A stretch of 59,832 nucleotides of DNA, counting the filler, from Fonticula-like sp. SCN 57-25 (taxonomy: Eukaryota), in NCBI GenBank assembly GCA_001724245.1. It is 9 parts of 9 records of this genome, joined end to end, with 100 filler letters (N's around TTAATTAATTAA, not from the genome) between each part and the next. Parts side by side here need not be neighbours in the genome. Positions count along the whole stretch, not along the records: positions 33,438 to 39,966 come from MEDX01000436.1; positions 40,067 to 46,591 come from MEDX01000437.1; 7 more parts are not named here. The stretch is one strand, 5' to 3'. Each line of letters opens with the position of its first letter. Within the stretch, counting starts at the first letter, position 1. The notes beneath the pieces were generated by a model, which saw only the letters and a list, made by a program, of their open reading frames with translations, did no database searches and was not told where the DNA came from. Positions 33,438 to 45,523 of this stretch are shown here, in pieces. Made by a program: the position numbers and the translations under genes.

Positions 33438-35426
33438 CGGGGACGCTGCGAAGCCACGGCTCAGCGTTTAGCGTCGCCTCCGAGACGGGGCCCGGGCGAG
33501 GCCACTGGACGGGCTCGGCAGCGGCGGCCGACGGAGCGGGCGCCGACGCCAACGGTGCACTCACAGGCACAGAGGCCGCTGCCGAAGAAGCGGACGACGA
33601 AGCAGGAGACGAAGCAGACGAAGCAGACGAAGATGCAGCAGCAACGGCGGGCGCAGTGGGCGCCGGTGACGCGACAACTGGCTCAACATTTGATGAAAAC
33701 GAAACATGCGACGCCGGCGTGGAAGCAGATTCAGGTGCGTTCTGCTGCTGCGGCTGCTGCTGGTTCAAAAGCTGCCGGAGGAGCGCCTCGGTCTGACGAT
33801 TCGACTCGGCGAGCGCTGTAGATAAACAAGTAAGCAAAAGGGAAGCGGCTGAAGGCGGAGTACCATTCAACTGGCGCTGGATCTCGGCCATATCTGCCTG
33901 CTGTACGGGCTGTGCAGGCTGCTGCTGTTGCAGAGGTTGTTGAGTCTGCTGCAGAGGTTGCTGAGGCTGCTGTTGCTGAGGATGAGGCTGATGAGGCTGT
34001 TGCTGGTGGTGATGCGAGTGCCGCTGGTACATGTGCCAGTTGTGGGCAACGAGCGACACGGCCGGCGCCGAGTAGTTGACCTGCGGCGTGCTCGGATGCG
34101 CGGCAACCTGCACCTCATTCCGCGGCTGCGGCGCGCGTCAGTCGCCGTCCCAATAAACCAAAAAAGAGGCGCACTGTCACGCGGATGTGGTTGGCGATTT
34201 CCGAGGCGCGAAGCGTAGCGTCGGCAGACAGGCGGCCGATAATGTGGAGGCGGCCGAGCCTCGTCTGCATCGCAGCGCCCTCCTGCTCGCCCTGCAGTGT
34301 GCGCCAGTTGGACACGAGGTTGGCACACGCCTCGAACTCGTCCGCCACGCGGCGCTGCATGCCGGCGGCGGCGCGCATGCCGTCCGCAACCGCCTGCGTG
34401 ACGCCGTCGCGGTCCGTCTCTGCAAATCGGCGCCGTACATCAGAAAAAAATTACGGCAAAAGCGGCGCAAGACTGCGTACGAAAGTGCTGCGGCTGCGGC
34501 TGGACGATAATGCCCGCCAGCGGGACCTGAGGGTCGAGAGCGCGGCCCAGGTGCTGCACCGTCGCCTGGAGGTTGGATACGTCGTGCAACTGCAGGCAAG
34601 CCGCGCGTCAGCAAAAAGGGCCGTGCATTGTCGCATGTGCGTACAAAGGTGCGCAGGAGGTTCACTCCCTGAAGCGACGGGGGCGCCTGCTGGGCGGGCA
34701 CCGGGCGGACGCCGCCGGCGACCTGCGGCTGCTGCTGTTGAGGTTGCGGCTGCGGCGGAGGGACACCCGGTGGCTGCGGCGGGATCGCCCCCTGCGTCAG
34801 GTTGCCAACAACGTTCATCATCATTTGCCCGACGTTGGCGAGCGCGGAAGGGTCCAGCTGGAAGCGCAGCACGTTCGGCGCGCCGGGCTGAGCGGTAGGC
34901 GGCGGGGGCTGCGCGGCGGCAGGCGCCTCGGGCGCGGTGGGACGCGGCTGCTCGGCACGCACAACGTGAACGGCGTGGCCGTGCTGGATGCCTGTGCACG
35001 GGTGAGCGAGGCGCGGGAGGAAGTGGGGGGCGCACCATAGTCCGACAGGAGCTTGTCATCGCGGAGGACGCGGCCTTGGTAGATGATGCGGATCGCGTCG
35101 CGGCTCTGGCCCTGGAAAGGAAAAGGGGTGAGCATGGCAGGCTGCGCAAAGGAAAAAAAGCCACGTACAGTTGCGGCCTCGATGGCTTCGCGCAGTTGAG
35201 GAACAGAAGCCTGGCGATGAGGTGAGTACAAGGCGGTAAAGCGACCTGTTTGCGTACATCGGCGGGCACGCGGACCTTGCTCGACTCGCCCTCCATGCGC
35301 TTCACGGCAATCTCCATAAGTCCGTCGCTAAACAAGGCATCACTGGTAAGCATACAGCATAGGGTACAGCATAGTGGAAAGCAGCAGCGCGTGCCTTTGA
35401 CCCTGCGGGTCCGTCGACGACGACAT
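33438..35426 (-). CDS. N-terminal ubiquitin-like domain protein, BAG6-like (3' partial)
   Basis: MEIAVKRMEG..., SVPQLREAIE, IRIIYQGRVLRDDKLLSDY, HAVHVV; then Pro/Gln/Ala-rich regions; RSVP at contig edge. Confidence 0.7.
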
Positions 35427-35734
35427 GGCAGCGGTGGCTTCCGGGTGGCTTTGTTTGGCGAAGTAATAATTGATAGATCCACCATACATCTCGAGTCATC
35501 TGAGCACAGCCAAAGTGATGCAAAACAAGGAATGTGGGCTAAATACGGCAAGTACACAGCCGGTACATTGAATACTGTATAGACCCGGTGACTCTTTGCT
35601 TTGTGGACAAGTATCAATGAACACAGGTATCCACTAAACATGAAATGTATTAGACATATGCTAGTATGATTAAAAAAAATTAAAAAATGGAAAGCGCCCA
35701 AGCCCATGAGGCGGAAAGAGCTACCAAAGGGTCG

Positions 35735-37038
35735 CTATAAGGGTTTCTTCTGGCTACTATAGTGACAATAGAGAAGGGAGTAGTGTCCAAAGTGGTGGCA
35801 CGACTTGTCGTTGCGGATATAACCGCCGATCTTGCGGCCGTCAAAGAGCTTGTCAGCGCGTTCCTCGCTCTTCTCGCAGTGCGCAGCAAAGAGAGTCACC
35901 TGAGCATTGGGTTAGCCGTTGCCCACAACTATGCGAGGGTGCGTACAGTGAACCGTCCGGGCTTGAAGATCTCAAGCACCTGCTGGACCAGCTGGTTGTA
36001 CGTCTTGGAGTTGACCGGGACGTTGGTCTCAAAGCTGGCGTAGGAGCACTCGGGCTGCGGCGTGACGTGGATAGTGAAATAGTGATCGTTGGTCAGCGCG
36101 TTGGCCGAGTATCCACACGGGTCAAATACGAGGTCGTCAATGTGCGCGCCGGGGACGAGCGCCGCAACACCGCTTGCCTGCAAACAAGCGCGTTAGATCC
36201 ACGATAAAATGTATCAAGCTAAAATAACGTACAATGGTGCTAGCGTTGGAGCTCTTAAAGTCCTCGCGGCGGTAAAAGTGGCGCACTGCATCCTGGTCGA
36301 GGTCGTGCATGAGCACCTCGAGCGTGACGTCGCCGGCCGGGACCACCTTGGTGTCCGGGGACGGCTCCACGATGAAGAGGTTCCAGTGGTCGCCGTTGAC
36401 GCGTCCGAGCGTGTGCGCGCGGCCCTTTCCAAACACGTCCTCGAGGAACTTGATCTCGTCCTCAAAGGTGCTGTGCGGGTAGAGCTGACGGGTGGGCTCG
36501 AGGAAATTCTTGCGCGAGTAGAACGCAGCGGCAACATCCGGGAAGCCGTGGGACGCCGCGATCTCGAGCAGGCGCTTCAGGCCAAGCAGCAGCGTGATCG
36601 AGCCGCACGTCTTGATCATGACGCGGTTCGGGTAAATGAACATGCTGCTCTCGCTGCGGGACCACGCGGGTTAGCAATGTGTGTGCGTGGCAGTGCGCGC
36701 AGCGGCGTACCTCAGCAGGAACGCGTCCACACCGGGGCTGGTGATGGTGCTGACGATTTCGCAGCCCACATCTACCAGCATGGCGGACCATTCCTCGCGC
36801 GGGACGCAACGGAGGCCCGAGCGGCCGTCGGCGTTGCGACGGTAGTACTCTTCATGTCCATCAAAGATGACTTCGAGGAGCTTCTCGGGACCTTCGAAAA
36901 AGCCCGGAAGAAGGATATCCGACTTGTCGTTCAACAGAACATCAGCGGATTCGATGACCCTACATGTCGACGTGTCAGTATCACTTGGCGCTGTGTAAGC
37001 AACTCGGGGGCGCACTCGTCGTTCACGGCACCGGTCAT
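35735..37038 (-). CDS. SPE2: S-adenosylmethionine decarboxylase proenzyme
   Basis: FFEGPEKLLEV, LSESSMF cleavage site (split by an intron), KTCG, FDPCGYSAN, TIHVTPQPECSYASFETN; ATG at 37038 joined by a first intron. Confidence 0.96.
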
Positions 37039-37722
37039 TCGCAACAAGAAAAGCGATACTACCGACTTTCTCGGCGGGTTTGAAACAAAAAAGATTAAAA
37101 ACAACTAACCACTCGCGCTCTTATGTTACCAATGTAACAAGCGACTTAAAAGTTCGGGCGGTAGGTTTTGCGAGAACACTAACTAGTTCACGACTACCAC
37201 CGCTACTCTTTCCAGCAAACTGCGGTAAGAGAAAGCGCCCGCGCGGGAATGTTCCGTAGAACTCGTCGGCCCGCGCGGCTGCCGGTGGCGCGAGGGCCAA
37301 CGGGTGGGAAAAAAGGTAAAGGAGCGAGGGGCGACCCTCAAACGTTTCGAGTGCGGAGAACCGCGCGAAAGCAAGGGAAAGGCAAAGAAAAAAAGAGAAA
37401 AATCGGAGCCACATGCAATTGCGGGTCAACCAATCAGCGTTCGATGAGGCGGATTGAATCGGGATCACTTATCAGTTAATCGGGATTCTCCCGTCTGGAT
37501 CCGGATCGGATGGTTTGCTCCACGGAAATTTCAAGGTTGTGTCATCAACAGTGGAGTCTGGAACGCGATTGTTCAGAGTGGAATCGGAAGCAGATTGTCT
37601 GGGGCAGAGTCTGGAAGTATTTGTTTGGGGTGGATTCAGAATAAATTTGTTTGGGGTGGAATCGGATCTCAGTGCAGGGATCAAGCCTTGGTTTCCCCGG
37701 GTTCGTGTGAGGAACAAGCAGC

Positions 37723-39083
37723 ATGGTGCACTTTGATCTCGAGTGGCTCAAGCAGATTAAGGTGAAGGATGTGCCCGTGCGGAGAAAGGGACGCGTGATG
37801 GTCCTTAGCAGCACCGATACGGTCGTTAAGGCGCTTTCGGTACGCGCCTCTTTTGCCACCCTTGCTGCCGTGGCACCAACACACACTGTAGCTCCTAGAG
37901 TCCCACGACATTCTGTCGGCGCCCGTGTGGGATGACGCGACGGAAAGCTTTATTGGAAGCATGGTACGAAGGCCTTATTGAACATTAAAACACGTGGCCT
38001 AACGTGTCTCTCTCTCTCTTCAGGATCTTCACCACATTATCCACCTGATTGCCAAACACTTTCCTCAGGAGGAGTTGTCGCACTTTAAGACGGCCGACTC
38101 GCTTATCGCAAAGCAGGCGCTCTTTACCAAGAGCCCCATCAAGGAAATTTTTGGTTCGCGTCTCTAAGTTTGCGCGCAACACTATGCTAATGCAGTATTA
38201 GACTTTTCAAAGCGCAACCCTGTTCACCAGACCTACGAGTCGTCCAACATGTTTGACGTGATCACCGAGATGTCTGGCAAGCACTATATCCGCCGTGCGC
38301 TCGTCTTCAAGGACGGCTGCGAGAAGCACGACAAGGACTCGTGCGCACCCCCCGTGCCATTTTTTTTCCTATTTCTAACGGCGAATGCCTTAGCCTTGTC
38401 TCGCTTCTGTCGCAGACGGCGATCCTGAGCTTCCTCGGCCAGAACGTTCGCAAGCTGGGCGCCGACGTGAATACGCCGCTCGAGACGGCTGTCCGTCAGG
38501 TGAATTGGGAAGAGAGCAAGGCGCGCGTCGTGTCTATCCAATCTACCGAGCGCGTCGCCCAGGCTTTCACCGTCATGGCCTCCAAAGACGTGAGCGGGCT
38601 GGCCGTGCTCGATGAGTACGCCATGCTCGCCGGCACATTGGGAATCCGCGACGTCCGCGTACGACTAGAGGCCCCTTTTGATGCAGCCCCGCTGACTCGC
38701 GCGCGCCATAGGGCCTCATCTCCAATGACAAGCTCGATCTCGCGCGCCTGCAGATTAGCGTCCGCGAGTTCATCAACATTGTCCGCTCGCTCTCCGTCAT
38801 GGTACACATTCAGCCCGCTGTATTTGCTTGCTTTGCTGACGTGGCGCCGTGCAGGAGCGCCACCCCGCCATCTCGGTCCGCAAGAGCGACTCCATGGCGA
38901 CCCTCATCCTGAAGCTCGCCTCAACGTCCGTTCACCGGTACGCCGCCCGTGCTTTGAAAGATGGCGCGCTTCTAACCCCGCCGCAGTATTTTTGTCATTG
39001 ACGAGCATGGCGTTGCCGTCGGCGTTCTGGGCCCCGTGGATGTGCTCCGCGCGCTCCTGAACGGCTCGGGCGACGCTCAGTAA
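37723..39083 (+). CDS. CBS-domain protein (four CBS; Sds23/AMPK-gamma-like)
   Basis: ILSAPVWD...FIGS.DL, LLSQTAIL.FL, VSGLAVLDE...LAGTLGIRDV, VHRIFVIDEHG..VGVL; many introns; stop TAA at 39083. Confidence 0.82.
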
Positions 39084-39384
39084 GTGGAGCGCATCGTTGG
39101 AGGAATCCTCTTTCCCCCGCACGTGTGCTTGCCGCTTTGAACCCAACTTTGACATGTGGCCCTTCCGTGATTACGCTTGATTGATGTATTTCATTTTTTG
39201 ACTTTTTTTTTTTGTCTGTATCCAATCGCCGAGTCGCAATGCATGGACGTCCCTTGAGTGCCCTGGGTCTTACTTTTATTAACGGATGGAACGCGATGGG
39301 GGAGGGAAACACAAAAGGAAACGACAGCTGGAACCATTGCCCGCGCTAATATGTACAAAATGCTGGTTATTTTTTTGATGTTGG

Positions 39385-39966
39385 TCAGTGCGTGTGCTGC
39401 GGCGGGGGCGGGGAGCCGCGGCGGTCGCGCGGTGGGCTGCGGTAGCGGTCGCGCGCCGGCGGCGGCGAACGGCTGCGGTAGCGATCACGCGAGCGGCTGC
39501 GGTGGCGCCTCGGCGGCGAACGGCTGCGGCTGCGGTAACGGCGCGGCGGCGAGCGGCGGCGTGGCGAGCGGCTGCGGCTGCGAGGGCGACTGATCAAAAG
39601 ATTAGTTAGAACGATCCACTGCACGCGCGTCTGCGACGGCGCCAAAAGCAGAAACGCACCGGCGATCAACGGTGACACGAATGACGGCCTCCTCGCCTGT
39701 GTGTGAGCGGAAGCGCGAGTCGTTCAGCTTGTCGACGGCGCGGTACATGTCGTCCGAGCGGAAAAATTCGACGGTGCCGGTCCCGTCGCGGTGGGTCGCG
39801 GTGTAGCAGACATCGCCCGCGGTGCGGAACAGGTCCTAGCAAGACGGTCATCAGCGTCAATACAAGTCCGAGGCGATTGGGGAGCGCATACCTTGAGATC
39901 CTGCCAGCTGCCGCTCGGGGGGAGATTGCTGACAATCACGCGGTAGTCGGTGCGCTTCTGCGCCGG
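39385..39966 (-). CDS. SRSF1: SR splicing factor SRSF1/ASF-like (5' partial)
   Basis: [19 protein letters not shown] pseudo-RRM, FRSHTGE, RS/SP-rich tail. Confidence 0.85.
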
Positions 39967-40066
39967 NNNNNNNNNNNNNNNNNNNNNNNNNNNNNNNNNN
40001 NNNNNNNNNNTTAATTAATTAANNNNNNNNNNNNNNNNNNNNNNNNNNNNNNNNNNNNNNNNNNNN
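39967..40066. other. artificial contig spacer
   Basis: N run, TTAATTAATTAA, N run. Confidence 0.99.
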
Positions 40067-40864
40067 GTGATTGTGCCTCCTTGTCAGACAATCTTCTCCA
40101 CTTTTTGCTCTCCGAATAAATGCGAGTCACCTCATCAACACCCATTAGCTGCACATAATTCTCAAAGAACGTCTGATACACAGAGTTTCTAACAAAAGAG
40201 AGACCATTTCCAGTTCCAGCAGTAGCAGCTGGATTTTCCTTGCGCCTCTTGGCCAATGGGCGCATCTCCTCTGCTTCCTCCTCTTGTCCGCACGCGTTGC
40301 GATAGTCATCGCGCAGCACTGCAGTGACGTTGCACAGGAGCTCCCAGTGGGGGTTGAAGCTCCTTGCGCTCGGTGCGTAAATGTGCAGCGAGTGGTCCGA
40401 GAAGCAAACGGCGAGCAGATTGCGAATGGGCAGAGGGAGCGCAGGGCTCCAGTCGACGCAGCGGCACGTGCGGTTCGCAAGACGCTGGAAGATCACGGGA
40501 TGGAGGGAGGAGCGGTCCTTGAGGAACGGGTGGAGCTGCTTTCCGTCCGGCGAGTAGACCAATTTGTTCACGTTCCACAGTTCCTCTTGATTGCATGTGA
40601 TCGTGTTCTGCTCCTGATTGAAAATGTTCTGCGCGTTCATTCATCAGTTGTGGGCTGTACGGTGAGAATGGTGGCTGGTCAGTTTTAAAAATGCGTGCGC
40701 ACCTCTACACAGTAAAATGTGTTGGTTGTTTGGAGAATTATGGAATTATTGGAGAAGCTCCAGGCCAGTGAGTTTGGTGAGGAAGGCGTGTTTATGCGGA
40801 ACGTTGCCTTGACAGAGTGTTTCAATGTCGTGCTTCCTTGTTGTTGTTGTTCCTCCAGTTCCAT
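40067..40864 (-). CDS. TFIIIC delta (GTF3C4/Tfc8)-like WD40 N-terminus (3' partial)
   Basis: PSSPNSLAWS, CVDWSP...NLLAVCFSDHSLHIYAP...W. Confidence 0.55.
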
Positions 40865-41100
40865 GGTTTCGCTACTTGAAATGAAAATAGTCAACTGAAG
40901 ATTTCCAGCAAACAAGTTTTGTTCGTAGAGTTGTGCCAAACAGTTGTTTGGTTGTGTTTCTTGGTTTCTCCTCAAAGTTGAAATGAACTGAAATTTGTGT
41001 TCCAACTATTCAAAATTGGTCAACTTTTTTGACAGGGAGTTGTACCAAGAGACCATCATGGAGCGGGAATTTCTCCAGTTGACTTTTAAAATACATTGAC

Positions 41101-42421
41101 ATGAGTGAGACACCGGCTTGCAGATGCGTAATTGTTGGAGACGGTGGGGTGTTTAAGACCTCCCTACTTATAACCTATGCGCAAAACAAATTCCCATCAG
41201 AGTACGTAAGATGAGTGTTGTTGCCATGTGCATCAAAGAAGAGAGCCAACCCCTAACCTCGCTCCTTTTCTTTGCACAGAACTATTCCCCCATTATTTGA
41301 AAATTTTGAGCAGATCGTGAAAAGCAACAAGCGCAATGTCAAACTCCAACTGGTTGACACTGCGGGTCAAGAGGAGTACGATAAGGTATGAGTGAGGGTG
41401 GGAGTTGCAGTTTGCTGAAACAATCTGATTCCGGACACACAACTTGAAGGCCAGACAAGTGCACTATGCGAGCGCGCATGTGATCCTCATGTGCTTCTCT
41501 GTTGTAAATAGAACCAGTTTTGAGAACATTAAGGCAAAAGTGCGTTAATTTTGTGAATGAGGCACACACTTATTGACTCTTCTTGCAGTGGGTGCGCGAG
41601 ACAGACTTGTACGCACTTGGAACGCCGTTTATACTTGTGGGCACTGGTGTGGAGTTAAGAAGTAACGAAAAGGTGCTCAGGGATATGCGCCAGAAGAGCG
41701 AACAAGTAATCACCCACGAGCAAGGTGAGACTCTGGCCAAGGAGATCAATGCAGTTTGCTACAGTACGTAATTTGGAATGTGGGACAACCGCATTTGGGT
41801 TTACCAAGGTTTACAGTGGAATGTTCGGTGATCAATAATGTGGGAGTGCGAGAGGTGATGGACAGGGCAATTGAGGTTGCACTCGGAAATCCGAAACGCA
41901 AGTTCAATATCTCGAAATTGAAGCAATCGTTGCAAATCAAAAAACGAGATTCAGAAACTATACAAAAGATAAAAAGAGTGAACTCTTCGGGCACATCAAC
42001 GGAACGACGATTTGGATATAATCTGGACGATGTCAATGAGCTCATGGAGAACGACTTGGATCTCGGGTCCCAATCTCTGGTTTTTGAAGATGATACCCCG
42101 CTCTCAAAGAAAGTGAACAAGATGACCAAATTGATTGAGCGTAACCATGTGTTTGCAAGGTTTTTGAAGCATGGAGAGTACCTGGTGCTCGTGGATTTTA
42201 AGCAGCGTAAAAGACGTCTCAATTTGGCAAACATTGTAGATGTGGACAATCTGAGAAACGAACTATTCCAAGCCATGGGAATTGCAGTTCCTGACAGATC
42301 AAAGTGCATTGTAGAGTATTTTGATGAGTTGTTTCATGATTTTTGTGAACTGGAAACACTCGATACAGTTACCAGGATACTCAAGATTCGAATTGTGCAG
42401 CACCCTTTAGCTAACCAATAA
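41101..42421 (+). CDS. atypical Rho-family GTPase-like protein with C-terminal PB1/ubiquitin-like domain
   Basis: [57 protein letters not shown]; four introns; no CAAX. Confidence 0.85.
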
Positions 42422-42659
42422 CAAGTCAAGTTGACCATCATTTACGATTTTATCATTTTTTTGGGGGGTTTCTCTCCTTGGCAAAAATGATGTTACTTGT
42501 TGCTGGGATCGAATCTTGCAGTGCACGTGGTTGATTATCATTGTGATCAAGAGTGTTGGTTTATTTTAAAAACTTGTGTGCGAATTCCAACTTCCAAGAT
42601 ACAACAGTGTACGATTGGCTTCGTGACGTACAATAGTCAACTATTTCAAGCGCGAAGCG

Positions 42660-43458
42660 ATGATGAAACCACTCGCAAACTTTTCTCTCTCGGCACAAAC
42701 ACCCTCTTCCTTTAGCAAGTCAGACGGTGATGATATTCTTGAATTTGCTACAACCGAAAATGATCAATTCTCGCAAGTTCCTCTAGAAGATGTGCCACCA
42801 AAGCAAACAATCGCCTTGACTTCTGTTCACATAACAACAATGAAAATGAGCCAAGCCATATTGCGTTTGTGTGTAAAGTTGCGCAACTTGTTGTGGATTC
42901 TCCACGGGGGTTGGCTTATTTTTGTGCAGTACATGCTAGCGAGTGTCATGTACGCTTGGGTTTGCTCAAGGAGCAAATCAAAGGGAGAGAGGACGCACGA
43001 TGCACGCATCCTTCGCGAATTTGCCTTCAGCTCAGGCCTTTACGTTTGTATCGGTGTGCACCACACGTGCACCTTCTCACCTGTTTGTTCAGCCGTTTGA
43101 CGAGGAGAGGGGTTCGGTGCACAGGGGCACTAAAGGTGTGACAAATGTTGCGCGGGGGCTGGCAACCTTCCTGAAACCGCGGGACCAAGAGAGCCAACTG
43201 GGCGATGTTTTGCGCTCGGATGAGTTCAGGCAAAATATCATATGGGCATTGGTACGAGAGTTTTTGCAAACAAACCACCACACTGTTTTACACGACTCTT
43301 CTGTCATCTAGTTCTTTGGATGGTCAATTGCCCTCTCACGCGTCATTTTGGCTCTCTTATGTGCAGTGACTGTTGTTGGTGTCCCATTTGCGATGCGTCA
43401 CCTGCGCGAAATTCCTAATACTCTTGCCCCCTTTCAAGAAAATGACAAATCCCTGTAG
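42660..43458 (+). CDS. YccF-like two-repeat membrane protein
   Basis: NLLWILHGGW...QPF and NIIWALFFGWSIAL...TVVGVPFA...LAPF repeats; two introns. Confidence 0.7.
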
Positions 43459-43821
43459 CCCATTGTTTTTCATTCAGATTGTCACTCACACTCCAATGAA
43501 TTAAGTTGTCCTTGCAGTAAGCAAAATACTGCATGGATATACCTCCAGTTGTTAAAAACAACAACTTGTGCACTTCAAAGCGAAACATCTATTTTTTACA
43601 CACATTTCTCTTTTGATATTCTAAGAAATGCAGAGCCTCTGGATGTAGCTGAAGATGCTTTGACTTTATTGACAGAAACCAAATGTGCATCTTGTAACCA
43701 AATTGTTGTTTCAAATTTCCCAGATTGCTGACCATTAAATCCAATTTGGTTGTAATAAACAGTGCAACCTGTGTATTGTAAGCGCAATCCAACCCAGTTG
43801 ACCTTTATTGTTGGCGCTTCG

Positions 43822-45482
43822 ATGCTCTCCAAGGACAATGAGTACAGGATTAAAAGCACGATCTCTGGATTTGCATCGGGAGCTGCAACACAGTTTGTGC
43901 TTCACCCAATAGATTCCATAAAAACCAGACTACAAGGTCAGTTCTACAACAATTGGGTTTTAACCATCTTCTTCCCTGTAACTGTGCATGTTTACTTGCA
44001 TAATATGTGAAAATGTGTTGTGTTCCAATGTTTGCAACAATGTGTGAAATGTGATGGCTTGTGATTATAACTTGTGATTATACCTTGTGTAAAAACTTTT
44101 GTGATAACTTTTGTGAAACTGTGTTGTGCAACAATTTGTGTGAAACCGTGCTGTGTGAAAACTTTTCAATTCCTTGTGTGTCCAGCGCAGGGCCGAGGAG
44201 AGCGCGCACATGTGGGTGTGCGAGCGTCATACCGCTCCCTTTCCCACATTTTGCAGCAGGAGGGCTGGCGCGCGCTGTACCAGGGTGTCGGACCAGCGTC
44301 GTTTGCAGGTTCTCTCTCCTGGGGCCTCTACTTCACCGTCTACAATTCGTCCAAGACTGCATATGCCAGAATGTACTTTGGTGGTTCTGGTAGTGGTGGT
44401 AGTGGTGGTTCTGCTAATGGTGCTGGTGGTTCTGCTAATGGTTCTGGTTCTGCTGGTGGTGAGAATCGCAAGGAGGATATCCCTAGTGTGTACTTGCTGC
44501 TTGCCGGGCTGAAGGCTGGAGTGGCCACACTTGCAGTCACTCACCCTCTGTGGCTCATCAAGCTGCGCATGCAGTTGCAGCAGAGGAACTTGAGTAGCAG
44601 CAGCAGCAGTGACACGGCTCATCTCACTTGCTATAGGAACACATTTGGTATGCGAGTTAACTGGTGCAGTTTGTGGTGGGTGTTGTCATTACTGGTGTTA
44701 TTGCTGTTTCTATTGTTTCTATTGTTGTTATTGTTGTTAGGGTAGTATATGTCTTTAATCTATTGCAATTGCTGTTGTTATTACTGGTGTTGTTGCTATT
44801 GATGCTGTTGTTCGGGTAGTAATTTTGTAATCTATTGTGATTGTTGTTGTTATTACTAGTATTGTTACTGGTATTGTTGCTACTGTTGTTGTTATTATTG
44901 TTACTATTATTATTGGTATTTCCTGCTTACTGCTAAAAAACTGTACAGATGGGTTCAAGCAAATTGTTCAGAAAGAGGGATTCAAGGGTCTCTACGTTGG
45001 TATTGTACCAGCACTTTGGCTCACCTCTCATGGCGCCATTCACTTTGTCTCCTATGATAAGCTCAAAAGTTTCTATACTCGCAGTTTCAGTCCTCGCAAT
45101 TCTTCTGCACAATTGGTAGGTAGATGGAGATGTTTGAACACATTTGCTCATCTGTTGCACACTTTGGTACTTCACCTAGAATCCAGCAGAATCTCTCATC
45201 ATTGGTGGGGTTACCAAGATACTGGCAGCAGTTGTCACATATCCACTACAAGTGATCAAAACTCGTCTGCAAGATGAGCGTAATAAGTATGGAAAGATTA
45301 GATACAGCGGAATGATTGATGCCATACACCAAATGTTCAAAATGGAGGGCGTAGGAGCGTTCTTCCGTGGTATCATCCCACACGCACTTCGTGTGACACC
45401 ACAAGCTGCTGTCACACTCATGCTCTACGAGCAGGTGATGAAGACACTGAACAATGTGACACCAGAAGAGTTTTTTGAGTAG
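43822..45482 (+). CDS. mitochondrial folate/FAD carrier-like (SLC25A32/Flx1 type)
   Basis: HPIDSIKTRLQ, SWGLYF..Y, THPLWLIKLRMQLQ, SHGAIHFVSYDKLK, YPLQVIKTRLQ, RVTPQAAVT; Gly/Ser insertion; GT-rich introns. Confidence 0.85.
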
Positions 45483-45523
45483 TTGCGAGTGGAACGGGAG
45501 AACTTTTTGTTTTTTTTGTTAGG

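Noticed and set aside
36961-37038. AdoMetDC seemed to lack an in-frame ATG, suggesting a frameshift or overlapping uORF
   Set aside because: A consensus GTGCGC..ACTGAC..TAG intron joins the ATG at 37038 in frame
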